A stretch of DNA of 64,000 bases from contig JANHCV010000001.1 of assembly GCA_025594325.1 (NCBI GenBank), forward strand, positions 4,836,001 to 4,900,000. Direction: 5' to 3'. The position numbers and the translations under genes were made by a program. Of the stretch, positions 32,810-45,100 are shown piece by piece; position 1 is the stretch's first letter, and every line of letters starts with the position of its first letter. Under the pieces are notes generated by a model. That model did no database searches. It saw nothing but the letters and a program-made list of their open reading frames with translations, and was not told the DNA's origin. This DNA comes from Blastocladiella emersonii ATCC 22665 (Eukaryota > Fungi > Blastocladiomycota).

Positions 32810-34477
32810 CTACTTGACTAGGATGACGCCGGTGTTCTCGGACGCGGCCTTATCCTGCTTGCGGCCCGCGACGAGCTGCACCTGGTACTTCTCGAACACC
32901 TTGACCGCCGTGGCCTCGGTGACGCCCTGCTTGCGGCAGTCGGCGACCCACTCGGCAAGGGGCTTCTTGGCGAGCTCCATCCACGGCGGCATGCGGCCGA
33001 GCTCGCCGCGCGCGGCGCGCTCCATCTTCTCGCCAAGCGTCGACGACGACGTGGTGAAGGGGATGATCTTCTCGAGCGAGATGGCGTTGTTGGACCAGGT
33101 CGCGATCTTGCGGGCGAGCATCTTGTACGGCCACTTGGACGGGTGGATCGGGCCCGAGGCCGCCGCGGCCGTCGCGTTGAGGCGGCCCGTCACGGCCGAC
33201 TTGGCGTGGTCCATGGACGAGGCCTTGAGGTTGGCCACGTAGCGCGCCGTCGACAGCGAGTGCTGCGAGTCGGCGAGCGACGGCGCGAGGTGGCCGATGA
33301 ACACGGTGCGCGTCGGCAGCGAGGACGTCGGGTCGAGCGCCTCCTTGAGGACCAGCGTGAGCTTGGAGGTGCGGAACGGGATATGGATGTGCTTGCCCGT
33401 GTCGAGCGAGTGCAGGTAGCGGTTGCGGATGCACTCCTTGAGGGTGGCGAGCGACTTGTTGGTCACCTGCGTCTCGCGGATCCGGACCGCGTCGTGGTGG
33501 GCCTGGTCGCTGCTGCGCTCGGATCCGGCGAGGTCGACCATGAGCAGCGTCGACGCGCCGAGCGGCAGGTGGCCGTCCTCGTCGGCGGCGGGCAGCGGGT
33601 CGGCCTTGCGGCGGAACGACACGGCGCACACGGCGTGCGAGCGCGACGACACGTCGTTCTTGAAGGTGGCGCGGGTACGGCGGTGCTGCGCGCCGACCTC
33701 GACGACCGTGAGGAACTCCTCGGCCGTCTCGACGGGCACCTGCAGGGCGCCGACGACCACGGTCGACTCGGCCGTGGCGCGGATCCGCAGCTCGGCGCGC
33801 TCGTTGAGTAGGTCCGTGACCGTGTCGCCGTAGATCTCAAAGTACGAGACCGTGACCGTGTACTCGTCGGCGATCCCCGGGAACAGGTCGAGCGGCAGCC
33901 GCTCGTGCAGCGACGTCATGGTGAACGTCTTTCCCGAGCCAGTCTGACCAAAGCACAGCGCCGTAGCGAGCCCGCCGCGCAGGACGAACGGGATCAGCGG
34001 CTGCAGCACCGACGCGTAGATGGTCTCGGTGTCGGCGTCGGGGCCGAACGACACGTCGACGTTGTCGAACCGGTGCGTCTCGAGCGACAGCGCCGAGAAG
34101 GTGCCCTCGATCGGGTGGTAGATGTAGGTCGCCGGGTTCTGGACGTGGATGCCCGTGAACAGGCCGCGCTCGGACACCTCGTGCGGCAGGATCGGCCGCA
34201 CGCGCAGCGCGACGCTGATGGTCTGGTCGAAATCCGTGTCCCCGTACGGCCGCGCCTCGGACGGGTCCAGCGTCGCCTGGTGCGACCGCATCGCCTCCTC
34301 GAGCCGCGGCTGCTCGCGCTGCAGCGGCGTCATGGCGGCGCGTGCGGCGGCGGCGGCCAGGCGCTCCTCCTTGGTCATGGCGGGCTTGGACCGGCTGCGC
34401 GCCCGCGCGGCGGCGGCCGACGGCGTGGTGCGTGTGGTGGTCCGGGACGACGAGTGTAGCATGGTGTCGTCTTGCAT
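32810..34477 (-). CDS. Kinesin motor protein, kinesin-13-related
   Basis: It has P-loop GQTGSGKT, switch I NDVSSRSH, switch II DLAGSE, NKSLATLKECIR and HIPFRTSKLT. Confidence 0.88.
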   Translation of the reverse strand: MQDDTMLHSSSRTTTRTTPSAAAARARSRSKPAMTKEERLAAAAARAAMTPLQREQPRLEEAMRSHQATLDPSEARPYGDTDFDQTISVALRVRPILPHEVSERGLFTGIHVQNPATYIYHPIEGTFSALSLETHRFDNVDVSFGPDADTETIYASVLQPLIPFVLRGGLATALCFGQTGSGKTFTMTSLHERLPLDLFPGIADEYTVTVSYFEIYGDTVTDLLNERAELRIRATAESTVVVGALQVPVETAEEFLTVVEVGAQHRRTRATFKNDVSSRSHAVCAVSFRRKADPLPAADEDGHLPLGASTLLMVDLAGSERSSDQAHHDAVRIRETQVTNKSLATLKECIRNRYLHSLDTGKHIHIPFRTSKLTLVLKEALDPTSSLPTRTVFIGHLAPSLADSQHSLSTARYVANLKASSMDHAKSAVTGRLNATAAAASGPIHPSKWPYKMLARKIATWSNNAISLEKIIPFTTSSSTLGEKMERAARGELGRMPPWMELAKKPLAEWVADCRKQGVTEATAVKVFEKYQVQLVAGRKQDKAASENTGVILVK

Positions 34478-34713
34478 GTGCAAATTTTGAGGTGTTGGCG
34501 TGGGAAGAGAGAGGGAGCGTGGGGGAGGTGCCCGCTTTTTGAGATCCGAGTGACCCGACACGGCGCGTGTGGCGTGCGGACGCGCCGCGCCTGTGCGACG
34601 CCCCGCTGTCGCTTCCGGGCGCGCTCCCTGGCCGACTTCATTCCACTCCGCAACCAGGCAACCGATTAAAGAAGTTTCATATTTGCACCAGTGACGGTGG
34701 CGAGGGGGCGAGA

Positions 34714-36411
34714 TCACCCGCAGCCGGGATCATCCTCGGCCGGTGCTGACCGAGTCGGCGTCGCGGCGGCCGCGGACTTCTTCTTGCGGTTCCGCCGCGA
34801 AGACGACGCCGACTTGGTGGCAGAGTCGCCGTTCGCGCCGCCTGGTGCAGAAGCGCCCTCCGCGGCATCGTCGCCGTCAGCGGGAGGAGCACCGGCCTCG
34901 GCGGCATCGCGTCGCGCCTTACCCTTGCCCTTCTTGCCGCCCGCCGACTTGACGGCAGCGGCCGCTGCGGCCTCGGCCTCGGCGTCGACGTAGACGGGCC
35001 GCACCGCGAGTGATGCGTGGAAGAAGGCGCCGGTCCCCTCGGCCGCGTCCTTGCCGGCCTTGTCCTTGGCCACCGCCGCTGTCGCGGACGGGTCCGCGGG
35101 CTTGTTCTTGCCGCCGACCACGCGCGCCTTGCCGCCCTTGGTGTCGACGAGCGTCCACGAGTAGACGGCGTTGGCGATCTCGTCCGCGTCGTCAAGTAGC
35201 TCCTCCTCGTCCTCGTCGTCCGCGTCCACTGCAGCCGCGGTCGCCGGCGTGGCCTCCGAGACAGAGAGGTTCTGCAGGTCAAGGTCGATCGCGTACCCGC
35301 CGGTGCGCACGGGCGCCGCCGCGGCCTTGAGTGCGGTAGCCTTGCGCTCGGCGCGCTTGCGCTCCGCGTCGGTCAGCCACTGCTTCCCGATCCCCTGGTA
35401 GTCGATGAAGTCGGCCTTGACGTCGATCACGGTGGTCCGCTGCGCGCTCGTCGCGTCGTACTCGAGCAGCCGCGCCTGGTTGGCCTGCGCGCGCTCGAGC
35501 AGGTCGCGGTCCACGACGCGCAGCGCGGTCGCGTCGTCGGCGCCGCCGCCGCGGTTGTGCAGGCGCGCGAGCTGGTCGGCGCCCGAGAGCACCACCTCGC
35601 CGCACGTGAAGCACGAGCCGGGACCCTCGGCCATGCACAGGATCCGGCCGCAGCCCAGGCAGTTGGTGAAAAGTTCGTGCTGCGTGGCTACAATCGACGA
35701 TGTGGTAAGCGGCGCTCGATCGGATTGAAGGAAAGGAAGGCATACCAGCACATCCACACGCGCGGCGGTCCTTGTTGAGCAGACCCTTGCGCTCGAGCTC
35801 CGTGAACTCGGCGAGCGTCATGCCGCCGTTGCGCTTGGCCTCCTTGGCGCGCTTGCGCTTCTGCCGCTCGCTCTCGGGCTTGTCGTTGAGCGCGGGCGTG
35901 CTCGAGCGCGCCTGTTCCGCGGCGGCCGCTGCCGCGGCGGCGGCCACAGCGGCAGCGGCCTCGGCCTCGGCAGCAGCGCGGGCCTCTTGGAACGCCGACG
36001 CGTACGAGATGCCGGCGACGGGCGTCGCGGTGTGCCTACACGCGCTCGCCGTGTCAGCAGGAGTGGGTACAACTCGGCGGGTTCACGGTCGACGAGGCGT
36101 ACTTGGGCTGCGGCTCGGCCTCGGGCAGGTTGAACCGGCCGAACCGGCGCGCAACAAACTCGCCGATCAGCGTCAGCATCTCGGCCTCCTCGCCGAGAAA
36201 GTTCTACACGGTGCGGTGGCCGCCGTCAGCGACTCGTGCTCGCCCGGTCTCGTACAGCAGATCCGCGTACTAGCAGCGTCGAGGACAGCTCGGCCTCGTC
36301 CATGGACTTGAAGTAGGGCAGCGTGCCCTCGCGGATGTCGGCCTCGGGCAGGCCCATGTGCATCGACAGCACATGCGTCGCCCAGTCGTCAAAGTCGGCA
36401 ATGTTGCTCAT
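34714..36411 (-). CDS. TRIP4: Activating signal cointegrator 1 / Rqt4-like C2HC5 zinc-finger protein, multi-exon
   Basis: CGC|ATQHELFTNCLGCGRILCMAEGPGSCFTCG forms the zf-C2HC5, followed by ARLLEYDATSAQRTTVID. The N-terminal exon is ORF 36226..36411. Confidence 0.8.
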
Positions 36412-36636
36412 GGCGGCGGTCGCGAGTCGTGGATCTGTGCAGGAGCTCGATGCGTCTAGTTACAGGGCGAGTCTTTATGCGGTCCGTCGCGATTCATGTC
36501 TCGTTGAGCAGGAGGAGGCGCGGCGCGCTCTGTGATTCAACTGGCAAACACGAACATCGACTCACGCCGCGCGCCCGCGCCCGCTCCTGAAGAACAGCCG
36601 CAACGTCCTCGCTCCCACCTTCAACGACCCGCAACC

Positions 36637-39600
36637 ATGAATCCAACCGAAATGGACCACGAAGCTGATGCAATCGACTCGCAGGCCACGGCCATCGAGG
36701 ACGCGGCCGCCCCGCCGCCCTCGAGTGGCGCCTCGCGGCTCCCGCCCGGGTCGGCGCCCCCGAGCGGCGCGATGCTCGCGGGCTCGTATCCGGTCCCGCT
36801 GGACGACGAGCCGCCGCCCGACGACAGTCAATTCGACGAGCTCGACCCGCATGCTGGTCCTTTGTGGCGTGTCTCCGCCTCGCTTACCGCCGGCGCCGCG
36901 TCTGAGGCCGACGAGCTCGCCGACAGCGACACGGACAGCGAGCCGGTCCCGGATCCTCCCGCGCCCCGGCACTTTGCGACCGTGGCGGCCGCGCTTTTGC
37001 CCACTTCTGCTCGCTTGCCCTCATTCGCGCCGGTCGTCGCGGACCCTGCCGAGCCTGTCGATGAACTCGAGCCCGCGGCTGCGTCGATGCCCGAGCCCGA
37101 GGCCGAGGCCGAGCTGGCGCCCGATGTGGCCGAGGGGCCAAGGACGCCGTGCGTTAAGCCGGTGGAGCTCGACCTTGAGCTCGAGTGGCCCGCCGACGCT
37201 CAATGGGACATGCGACTTGTCTACGACGGGCCCGAAGGCCACTGCGAATATCCTCTGCAGCAGCACGCCATCAACATTATCGGCTGCAACCCGACCCCGC
37301 ACTTGGAGGATCTGCGCCACTTTGTCACGGTCCCGTACACGGCGGTCAGTCGGAACCATGTCGCGCTGGGTACGCTTTGTCTCTTGCTCCTGAAGACTTT
37401 GCGGATCACTCACGTACTACTCGACGATCCATAGCATCACTCACCCCGTACGCGATCGGAGTTGTGGGTACGATTCCGGCGGCCATCACGGCCATTGACA
37501 GCAAGGCTGACACTTTCTTCGCACTACTCTAGACATGGGCTCGACTTCGGGAACCTACATTGCACCACGCGCGAACTGGCCTCCCATTAAGGTTGAGCCC
37601 ACTACCTTTGAGTCCCAGCAGCCTCCCATCCCACTATTTCCCGGCCAGGTGCTTTACCTCGGCCCGCACGCCTTCACGCTCGTGTCCTCGGTGATGCCGC
37701 CGCCACCACCATCGCTTCCGCCGGCCGAGCTCGAGCCGAGCGTGCCAATTGGCACCGAGACGCAACCCTTACCCATCAGCTCGTCGCAGACGCAGGCGCG
37801 CGGTGCGGACACGCCGCCCGCTCCCATCGGCTCGTCGCAGACACAGGCGCGCCCGTCCTTCTTCCTCGTCGGCTCGCAGGAAACCGGCTTCCTCGCGGCG
37901 GACGGTTCCGCGACGCCCGTGTCGGCGGCGGCTTCGCACGCGCATCCCGCCTCGCTTCTCCCGGCCAGCACTCCGAAACCCGGGCTTCTCGCGTTCAGCG
38001 GGTCCCCGATCCAGCCGACGCCAGTCGCGCAGCGGACGCCCGGCCTCAACAGCGCGAGCACCGACCCGATGCTCGCCGACGGCAACCAGTTCGATACCAC
38101 ACACGTCTTTGTCGACGCTGGCGACGACACGCACGACTTTGGCGCGGCCGCCGCTGACGAGGTGATCGGCTCGCCCGAGATCATTTCGCGGTCGGGGACC
38201 GGCCGCCTCAGCAGTCTCGGCTCCGACCCGGCTGCGCCGCCGCGTCCCCCGTCGTTTTCCGCGCTGGACTTTGGTACAGCTGCGGCCGCAATTGCACCGA
38301 AAGACTCGGGCCTGCGCTTGGCCACGCTCGAGCCCAACAACACGCTTTCGACAGTCACGACGCTCGAGTCCAACATCTCGGTGCTTCTTCAGCAGCCGCA
38401 GGACGGGCTCGCGCCGGCTTCGACTCCTGCGCTGGGTCTGGTGCCCGACACGGACGCCATGGACGCGGACGCGGCCGGCGAGACCACGCCGACCGCGGCT
38501 TCGATGCAGGCGCAGGCGGTCATCGACGACGACGACGCGGAGCGCGCCCCCGTCGGCGAGTCGGCGGCGTCGGTCATGGACCTCGATCCCACGCCCCGCC
38601 CGCCCAAGGACGCGGCCTCCGCGCCCGAGTCGGTTGATGGGTCGTCGCAGCTCCCTGCCGCCAACCAGGCCGCTGTCGACGCCGAGACGGACTCGATTGC
38701 TCCCGAGCTGCTTCTCGTCGCCCCCGCACCCGCCACCACTCCCGCAACGGCGGCGTCATCCTCGCTTCCCGCACCCGCCGCCCCGCTCGCCGCCGCGACG
38801 GCGTCGGCCGATCCCGTGCCCGCGCCCGCCCCGACCGCGCCCAAGTCGCGCAAGCAGGCGCACCCGAAGCGGCTCGGCTCGCTCTCGACCTTGTCGCAGC
38901 CGTCCGACGTGTCCTCGCAGATGCTCAGCCCGACGACGACCGACGGCCCGACCTTCTTCGCGCCGATCAGCGCGACCACGGCCCGTACTCGCGCGAGCGC
39001 TTCGCCTGCACCCGCGCCGGCGTCCGCGCCCGAGGACGAGCTCATGGGCGACATCACCATCACGTCGCCGCCGCCGCGTGCCAAGCGCACGCGCAGCGCG
39101 TCGTCCAACGGCAACGCGAGCGATATGGGCAACGACTCGTCCATCTTCGACCTCTCGTTCGCGCCCGCGCCACCCCCGCCGCCGCGCGCCAAACGCTCGC
39201 TCACGCGCAGCCCAGCCGTGCCCGCGTCCATTGTCGGCGATCTCGACTCGCAGGCGTCGTCCAACATCGGCCTGTCCCCGCTGCTCCCGGCCATGCGCGC
39301 GCCCGAACCCGAACCCGAGCTAGAATCGGAACCCCCGGCCAAACACCCGCGCCGGTCCGCGACACTCGCCACGACGCGCCCCGTGTCGCCGACCCGCACC
39401 ATGCCCGCCCGCGAGACCCGGTCGCGGTCGCTCCGCCTCACGGATGCGGCGGCGGCCGCCGCTGACGATTCGGCCGCCGAGTCGGTCGCGTCATCGTCGT
39501 CCACCTCGTCCAAGTCGCGCACCCGTACCGGCGCGATCACGGCGATTGCGTCGTCGGCCGAGCCGCCCACCGCCTCCTCCTCGTCGTCTGCGTCTTCGGG

Positions 39601-40858
39601 TACCGTGCCGGCGGCGGAACCCGAGCAGGCGGTGCCCGAGCCCGCCAAACCGGCGGCGCGCGGGCGGCGCAAGGCTGCGGCCAAGTTCGCCGCCGAACCC
39701 ACGCCCTCACCTGCTCCTGCTGCTGCGCCCGCCAAGGCGACGCGCAAGCGCAAGAGCCGCGCCGATACCGCTGCTGCCGACGATACCCCCGCCGCCGACG
39801 ACGAGGACGAGCCGGCGGCACCCGCACCAGCAGCCCGTAACCGCGCGTCATCGCGCCGGCTCGCGGAGCTGGCACTCGCCGCGGATACCGCATCGACCCC
39901 GCCTGCGGCTGTCTCAGCCCCCGCCGAGCAGCCGGAACCCGAGCCGGAGCCCGAGGACATGGTGACGCCACCGCTCAAGAAGCTGCGGACCAAGCGCGGG
40001 TCGTCGTCCGCGGCGTCCACGGCTACGGCCACCCCCGCGTCGACGGCGCCGTCGAGCGCGGCCACGACGCCGCGGCCAACGACGGCGGGGCGGCGCAAGC
40101 GGAGCAACGGGAGCGGGAGCGCCAGCAGCAGCTCGACGCCCGCCGCCGGCGCCGCCGCTGCGCCTCGCATCCGCGTCATGTTCACGGGCGGCGACCTGGC
40201 GTCCAAGCACGAGAAGTTCGTGGCGTCGCACGGCGGCGAGATCGTGAGCAAGTGGGAGGACTGCGACGTGGTGGTGTGCGACAAGGTGCGGCGGACGGTC
40301 AAGTTCCTGTGCGCGCTGGCCAACGGGCGCGACCTGGTGTCGGGCGACTGGCTCGTTGCGAGCAAGAAGGCGAAGCGGCTGCTCTCGCTCGACGACCCCG
40401 CCGAGCTCGCCAAGTACGCGCTGGCCGACGACGACGGCGAGGCCACGTACGGGTTCTCGCTCGCGCACAGCGTCGCGCAGGCGCGCGAACACCGCGTCTT
40501 CGACGGGTACCGGTTCTACGTGTCGGACGGGACCAAGCCGCTCCGCGCCGATATGCGGCTCATCGTCGAGGCCGCGGGCGGCGAGTGGGTCGACAGCGTG
40601 CCGTCCGTCAAGTACGACGCGGCCCGCGACGCGCACCTGATCCTGGTGGTCGCCCGCGAGGACCCCAACACGGTCCGCAAGCTGCGCAACCTCGGGTACC
40701 CGCTGCACACGGCCGAGGTGGTGCTCACGGGGATCCTGCGCCAGCAGGTGCTCCTCGGCGGCGAGTTTGCGACCGAGGACGGCGCACCCGGGCCCAAGGT
40801 CGGCGTTGGGCTGCCCGTCAGCAAGCGCGCGCGCGCGGCCAAGACGCGGGGGTCGTGA
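36637..40858 (+). CDS. FHA + tandem BRCT DNA-damage mediator (MDC1/Mdb1-like), multi-exon
   Basis: The FHA-like region reads IIG...VSRNH / DMGSTSGTY. There is a DSDTD motif and SQ/TQ sites. The C-terminal tandem BRCT has VMFTG and RRTVKFLCAL. Confidence 0.8.
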
Positions 40859-40907
40859 TTTTGCGGGATCGGATGGTGTGCGTGTGATATCAATCCACGA
40901 GAGTCTA

Positions 40908-41798
40908 TTATTTCATTCCTTGGTGGGAGAGCGGCGGGATGCCCATGGGCAGCTCGTCGCGGAGAAACGCGTCGACGACGCGGCGGTACTCGCGCGGGAA
41001 CCGGCGGAAGTGCTCGACGTGGCCCGAGTCGAACCACACGGCCGCGGTGCGGTCTTCCCGAAAACACTTGCTCGCGAGCTCGACGATCGACGCGGGCGGC
41101 ACGATACGGTCTCGGTGCCCGCCGAGCAGCAGCGTCGGGCACGGCGGGAGGTCGGCGAGCGCCGCGTGCAGTCGCTCGATGATCCGCGCGTGCGGGCCAA
41201 AGCCGAGGTACCGGCGCGCCGCATCCGTGACCCACGCAGGCGTCGCCGAGCCGGGCGGGAGGACCGCGCCGAGCGTGCCGGCGACGAGATTCTCGGGCGT
41301 CATAAACGACGGGCCCGAGTCGCACACCGAGTGCGCGGTGCTGATGGGCCGCAGCGCATTCGCGAACGCGTACGCGTATGCGCCATTGTTGCTCAGCGTG
41401 TGCACGGCGGTGAGCGGGCGGTTGTCGGTGGCGCGCGCGAGGCCGTCGCGCAGGCGGCGGATGTTGGTGTCGAGGGAGACGAGCGGGACGAGGACGCAGT
41501 GCGCGGGAAGCGTCGCGTACACGACGTTGGCGCCCCGCTGTAGGTGCAGCGCCACGTATTTGTGCAGGTGGTGCGGCGCGGCGTTCCACCACCCGAGCAC
41601 GAGGACGGTGGGTCGAGGTGAGCGGGAGAGAGGGAGAGTTGGGTCCTCGGACGACGGGCGCGCGGTGCGGACGAGGCCGTGGGCGTCGACGGGCGCATCG
41701 TGGAAGGCGGGTGACGGGTACGCCAGTGGTTTGGCGGACGTCGCGAGCGTCCGGCGGGCGGCGCAGGTCCTCAACTGGTTTACAAGAGTCGATTGCAT
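40908..41798 (-). CDS. DUF829/TMEM53-family alpha/beta-hydrolase-fold protein
   Basis: Motifs are VLVLGWWNA..HHLHKY, VHTLSNNG, VCDSGP, DRIVP and FDSGHVEHFRRFPREY. Confidence 0.8.
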   Translation of the reverse strand: MQSTLVNQLRTCAARRTLATSAKPLAYPSPAFHDAPVDAHGLVRTARPSSEDPTLPLSRSPRPTVLVLGWWNAAPHHLHKYVALHLQRGANVVYATLPAHCVLVPLVSLDTNIRRLRDGLARATDNRPLTAVHTLSNNGAYAYAFANALRPISTAHSVCDSGPSFMTPENLVAGTLGAVLPPGSATPAWVTDAARRYLGFGPHARIIERLHAALADLPPCPTLLLGGHRDRIVPPASIVELASKCFREDRTAAVWFDSGHVEHFRRFPREYRRVVDAFLRDELPMGIPPLSHQGMK

Positions 41799-42114
41799 GA
41801 TGTCTAGCGCTTCATGGCGAGGCGGAGGAGGGTGGGGAGGGAGCAGGGAAGAGCGGCGGCCACGTCAAAGGGTCCCTGAGCGACGCGGTCAGCTGATGCG
41901 GTCGCCGCCACACGCCCGCCGCCGCCACCCGGCCGCCGCCGACAACGCCCTGCCGCCGACGCAGCCGCTGACGCCCATCCTCGCTCTCCTCGCTCCACTC
42001 TCGAGTCGCTGATCAGCCACGGCCCCTCCCTCCCTGCACGCGCGTGTGCGAGCCGCTCTCCCGCACCCGCTCGACCGGCCCGGATCGGATTGGCCCGCCG
42101 CCCGCCCGCCCACC

Positions 42115-45100
42115 ATGCATCACCAACTGCGCCCGCCCGCCCCCGGCGCCGCCGCTGCCGCCACAGCGGCGCGCCGCACGCTGTCGCCCGAGGAGCGCGT
42201 CAACCTCATCTACCGCGAGACGCTCAGCGTGCTGTCGTACATGCACCGCAGCGCGCGGTTCGGCCCGCTGACGGCGCTCGGCTTCACGCTGCTGCCGTCG
42301 CCCTACGCCTCGACCAACGCCGCCGTCGCCGCCGGGCTCGATGCACGCGCGCTCGCGGGTGCCACGCGGTCGGGTTCCGCTGCGAGTGGCAGCGGTGGCT
42401 CGCCCACGCCCGCCTCGTCGTCGTCCTCAACCTCGCGCGACGAGTACCTCGACCGCTGCGCCCGCCTCTTCGCGTGGGCCGGCGAGCCGCACGTCCCGCC
42501 GATGGTCCACACGCCCGTCACCCGGTCCACGTCGCTCGACGACCTCGACGAGGTGGTGGCGCAGCGCGCGCCGGGAGTCGCCACGACGGAGAGTACGCGC
42601 GTTGGCATTTGCCGCTGATCGACTCGCTTGGACTGACTCTTGAGCATCGCTACTAGCCCCGCAGAGCGCGACGACCGCCTCGCTCTCCATCCACGTCGCG
42701 GACCCGGTCCCGGCTCCCGCTTCCTCCGCGTCTGCCGCTGACGCCTCTACCGCCGCTCTCTCGAGTATCAACGACAGCGAGTCGGCCGCCCTCCTCGAGT
42801 ACGACCATCTCGACGACTCGGAGGCTTCTACGACCAACACGGCTGCGGCGCCTGCACCCGCTCCATCCTCGTCTGCTGCCGCACCCTCTGGCAAGCGTGC
42901 GATCACTTCCACTCCCAACCCGCCACACCCGAAGCTCACCCCATACCCGTCTAGTCATCGGCGCCGCGCCCTCGGCCCACAGCGTCCCGATCCCCGCCAC
43001 GGTCCTGATCCAGGGCTTCGAGGAGCTGCTCAAGCGCCTGTCGGCCCTCGACCGCCCCGACCGCCTCGAGGCCCGCATCTCGCCGCTCTTCCTCCTCACC
43101 CCCTTCATGCGCCTGCTGCAGTCCAGCGACACGCTCGGCCACATCTCGACCGCCGCCATCGTCAGCCTGCACGAGTTCCTCGCCAACGACGTGATCCGCG
43201 GCAGCCCGCGCGAGCTCGCCCCCGTCGTCGCCCACCTCGTCCAGACCGTCACCTCGCCGCGCTTCCAGCTCACCGGCAACGGGACCGGCGGGTCCGGCTC
43301 GGCCGGCAGCGGGAACAGTGCGGGTGGCAGCCACGCCGACGACACGCACCAGCTGCAGTGGCGCAGCCTCAGCTTCCTCCTCACCCTGCTCGAGTCGCCG
43401 CTCGCCGTCTACCTCACCGACGAGGCCATCTGCTCCGTCTTCGAAATGGCCCTGTCGGTGTGGATGATGGCCGACCACCGCGACATGACCCGCCGCCAGG
43501 CCCTGCGCGTCCTCGAGGCCACGGCCCAGTGGGTCTTTGGGCAGCCGCCGTCGCCCTCGGCCGCGACTGCCGCGGGTGTCGAGCCGGGCACCCCGGCCTT
43601 CACGTCGCTGTGCCAGGCCGAGATCCTGCGCGTCCTCGAGTCGATCTTGTCCGCGAACCTGCTCCCCTCGGCGAGCCCGAACCCGGCGTCCGAGTCGACG
43701 CTGCTCGTCGCGCACTCGCTCGTCCAGACGCTGGTCCAGACGTCCGACGACCCCGCCGTCCACGCGTCGATCCTCGACTACCTGCTCCTGCCCTGCCTCA
43801 TGCTCCTCGACCAGCAGTACTCGAGCCCCGACGGCGTCCTCGACAACGCCGTCGGCGTCGGCATCAACGCGCCCGCCGGCCGCCACGCCTTGACGCGGCC
43901 TGCGACCAACGTCCTCGTCATGACGTGGCAGACGGTTCAGGTCATGTGGACCAAGCTCGCGCACAAGATGGGCAACTACTACGAGCTCCTGTTCGAGCAG
44001 CTCCTGCGCATGCCCGGCGCGCTCGACGTCAACGCCGCGCCGTCGCCCGCGCCCGCCACCGCCGCGGCGTCCGCGGTCGCGGCAGCCAACGGCCGGCCGT
44101 CCAGCGCGTCGGGCCGGTCGAGCGCCACGGGCCCCGGCACCGCCGATTCGGGGGATGACGACGACGCCGAGGTATGGGAGGTGCGCGAGGCGCGGCTGGT
44201 GCTGCTGCGGCAGGTGACGCGGACGCCCGGGCTCCTGTTCGCCGTGTACCGCGAGTTCGACTGCGCGCCCGCGCGGCCCAACCTGTTCCACCGCATCATG
44301 GAGTACCACTGCGGCCTGCTGCAGCGCGGGTCGCTGGCCTCGCTCGGCCTCGATTTCCTCCAGTACTTTCTCCTCACCCTGCACGGCGTACCGTCGGCCG
44401 TCGACGAGCCGCGCCGCGACAGCAAGAAGCGCAAGGCGGCGATTCGCCGCGGGCTCGACGCGTTCAAGGCCAGCGCCAAGAAGGGGATCGAGTACCTCGC
44501 CGAGCACGGGCTGCTGGGTCCGCAGGGTAAGGATCCCGCGGCGATCGCCGCGTTCCTGTTCGACACGCCCGGCGTCGATAAGGCGACGGTCGGCGACTAC
44601 ATTTCGCGGCAGGCCAACGCCGAGGTGCTCGCGCACTACATGGGCAAGTTCGACTTCCTCGGCCAGCGGCTCGACGAGGCCCTGCGCACCATGATGCTCA
44701 AGTTCCGCCTCCCCGGCGAGGCGCAGATGATCGACCGCGTGCTCGAGTCGTTTGCCAAGCACTTTTTCGCGCAGAACCCGGCGCAGACCGAGATTGCCAA
44801 CGCCGACGCCGGGTTCATCTTGGCGTTCTCGGTCATCATGCTCAACACGGACCAGCACAACCCGCAGGTCCGCAACCGCATGAACGTCGACGCCTTCTGC
44901 CGCAACCTGCGCGGGCTCAACAACAAGGCCGACTTCCGCCGCGAGTACCTCGAGGAGATCTTTGCCAAAATCCACGACAACGAGATCAAGGACGTGGTCT
45001 CGCTCGACTCGCGGTTCCTCGACGCCGCCCGCAACCCGAACCCCGTCGACATCCGCCTGCCCGGCGCCGGGAGCGCGCTCGCTGATGCCGCGGCTGCCGC

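Noticed and set aside
42046-42618. Stand-alone small ORF
   Set aside because: It is better explained as the first exon of the GBF1/Gea gene (N-terminal motif plus splice sites).
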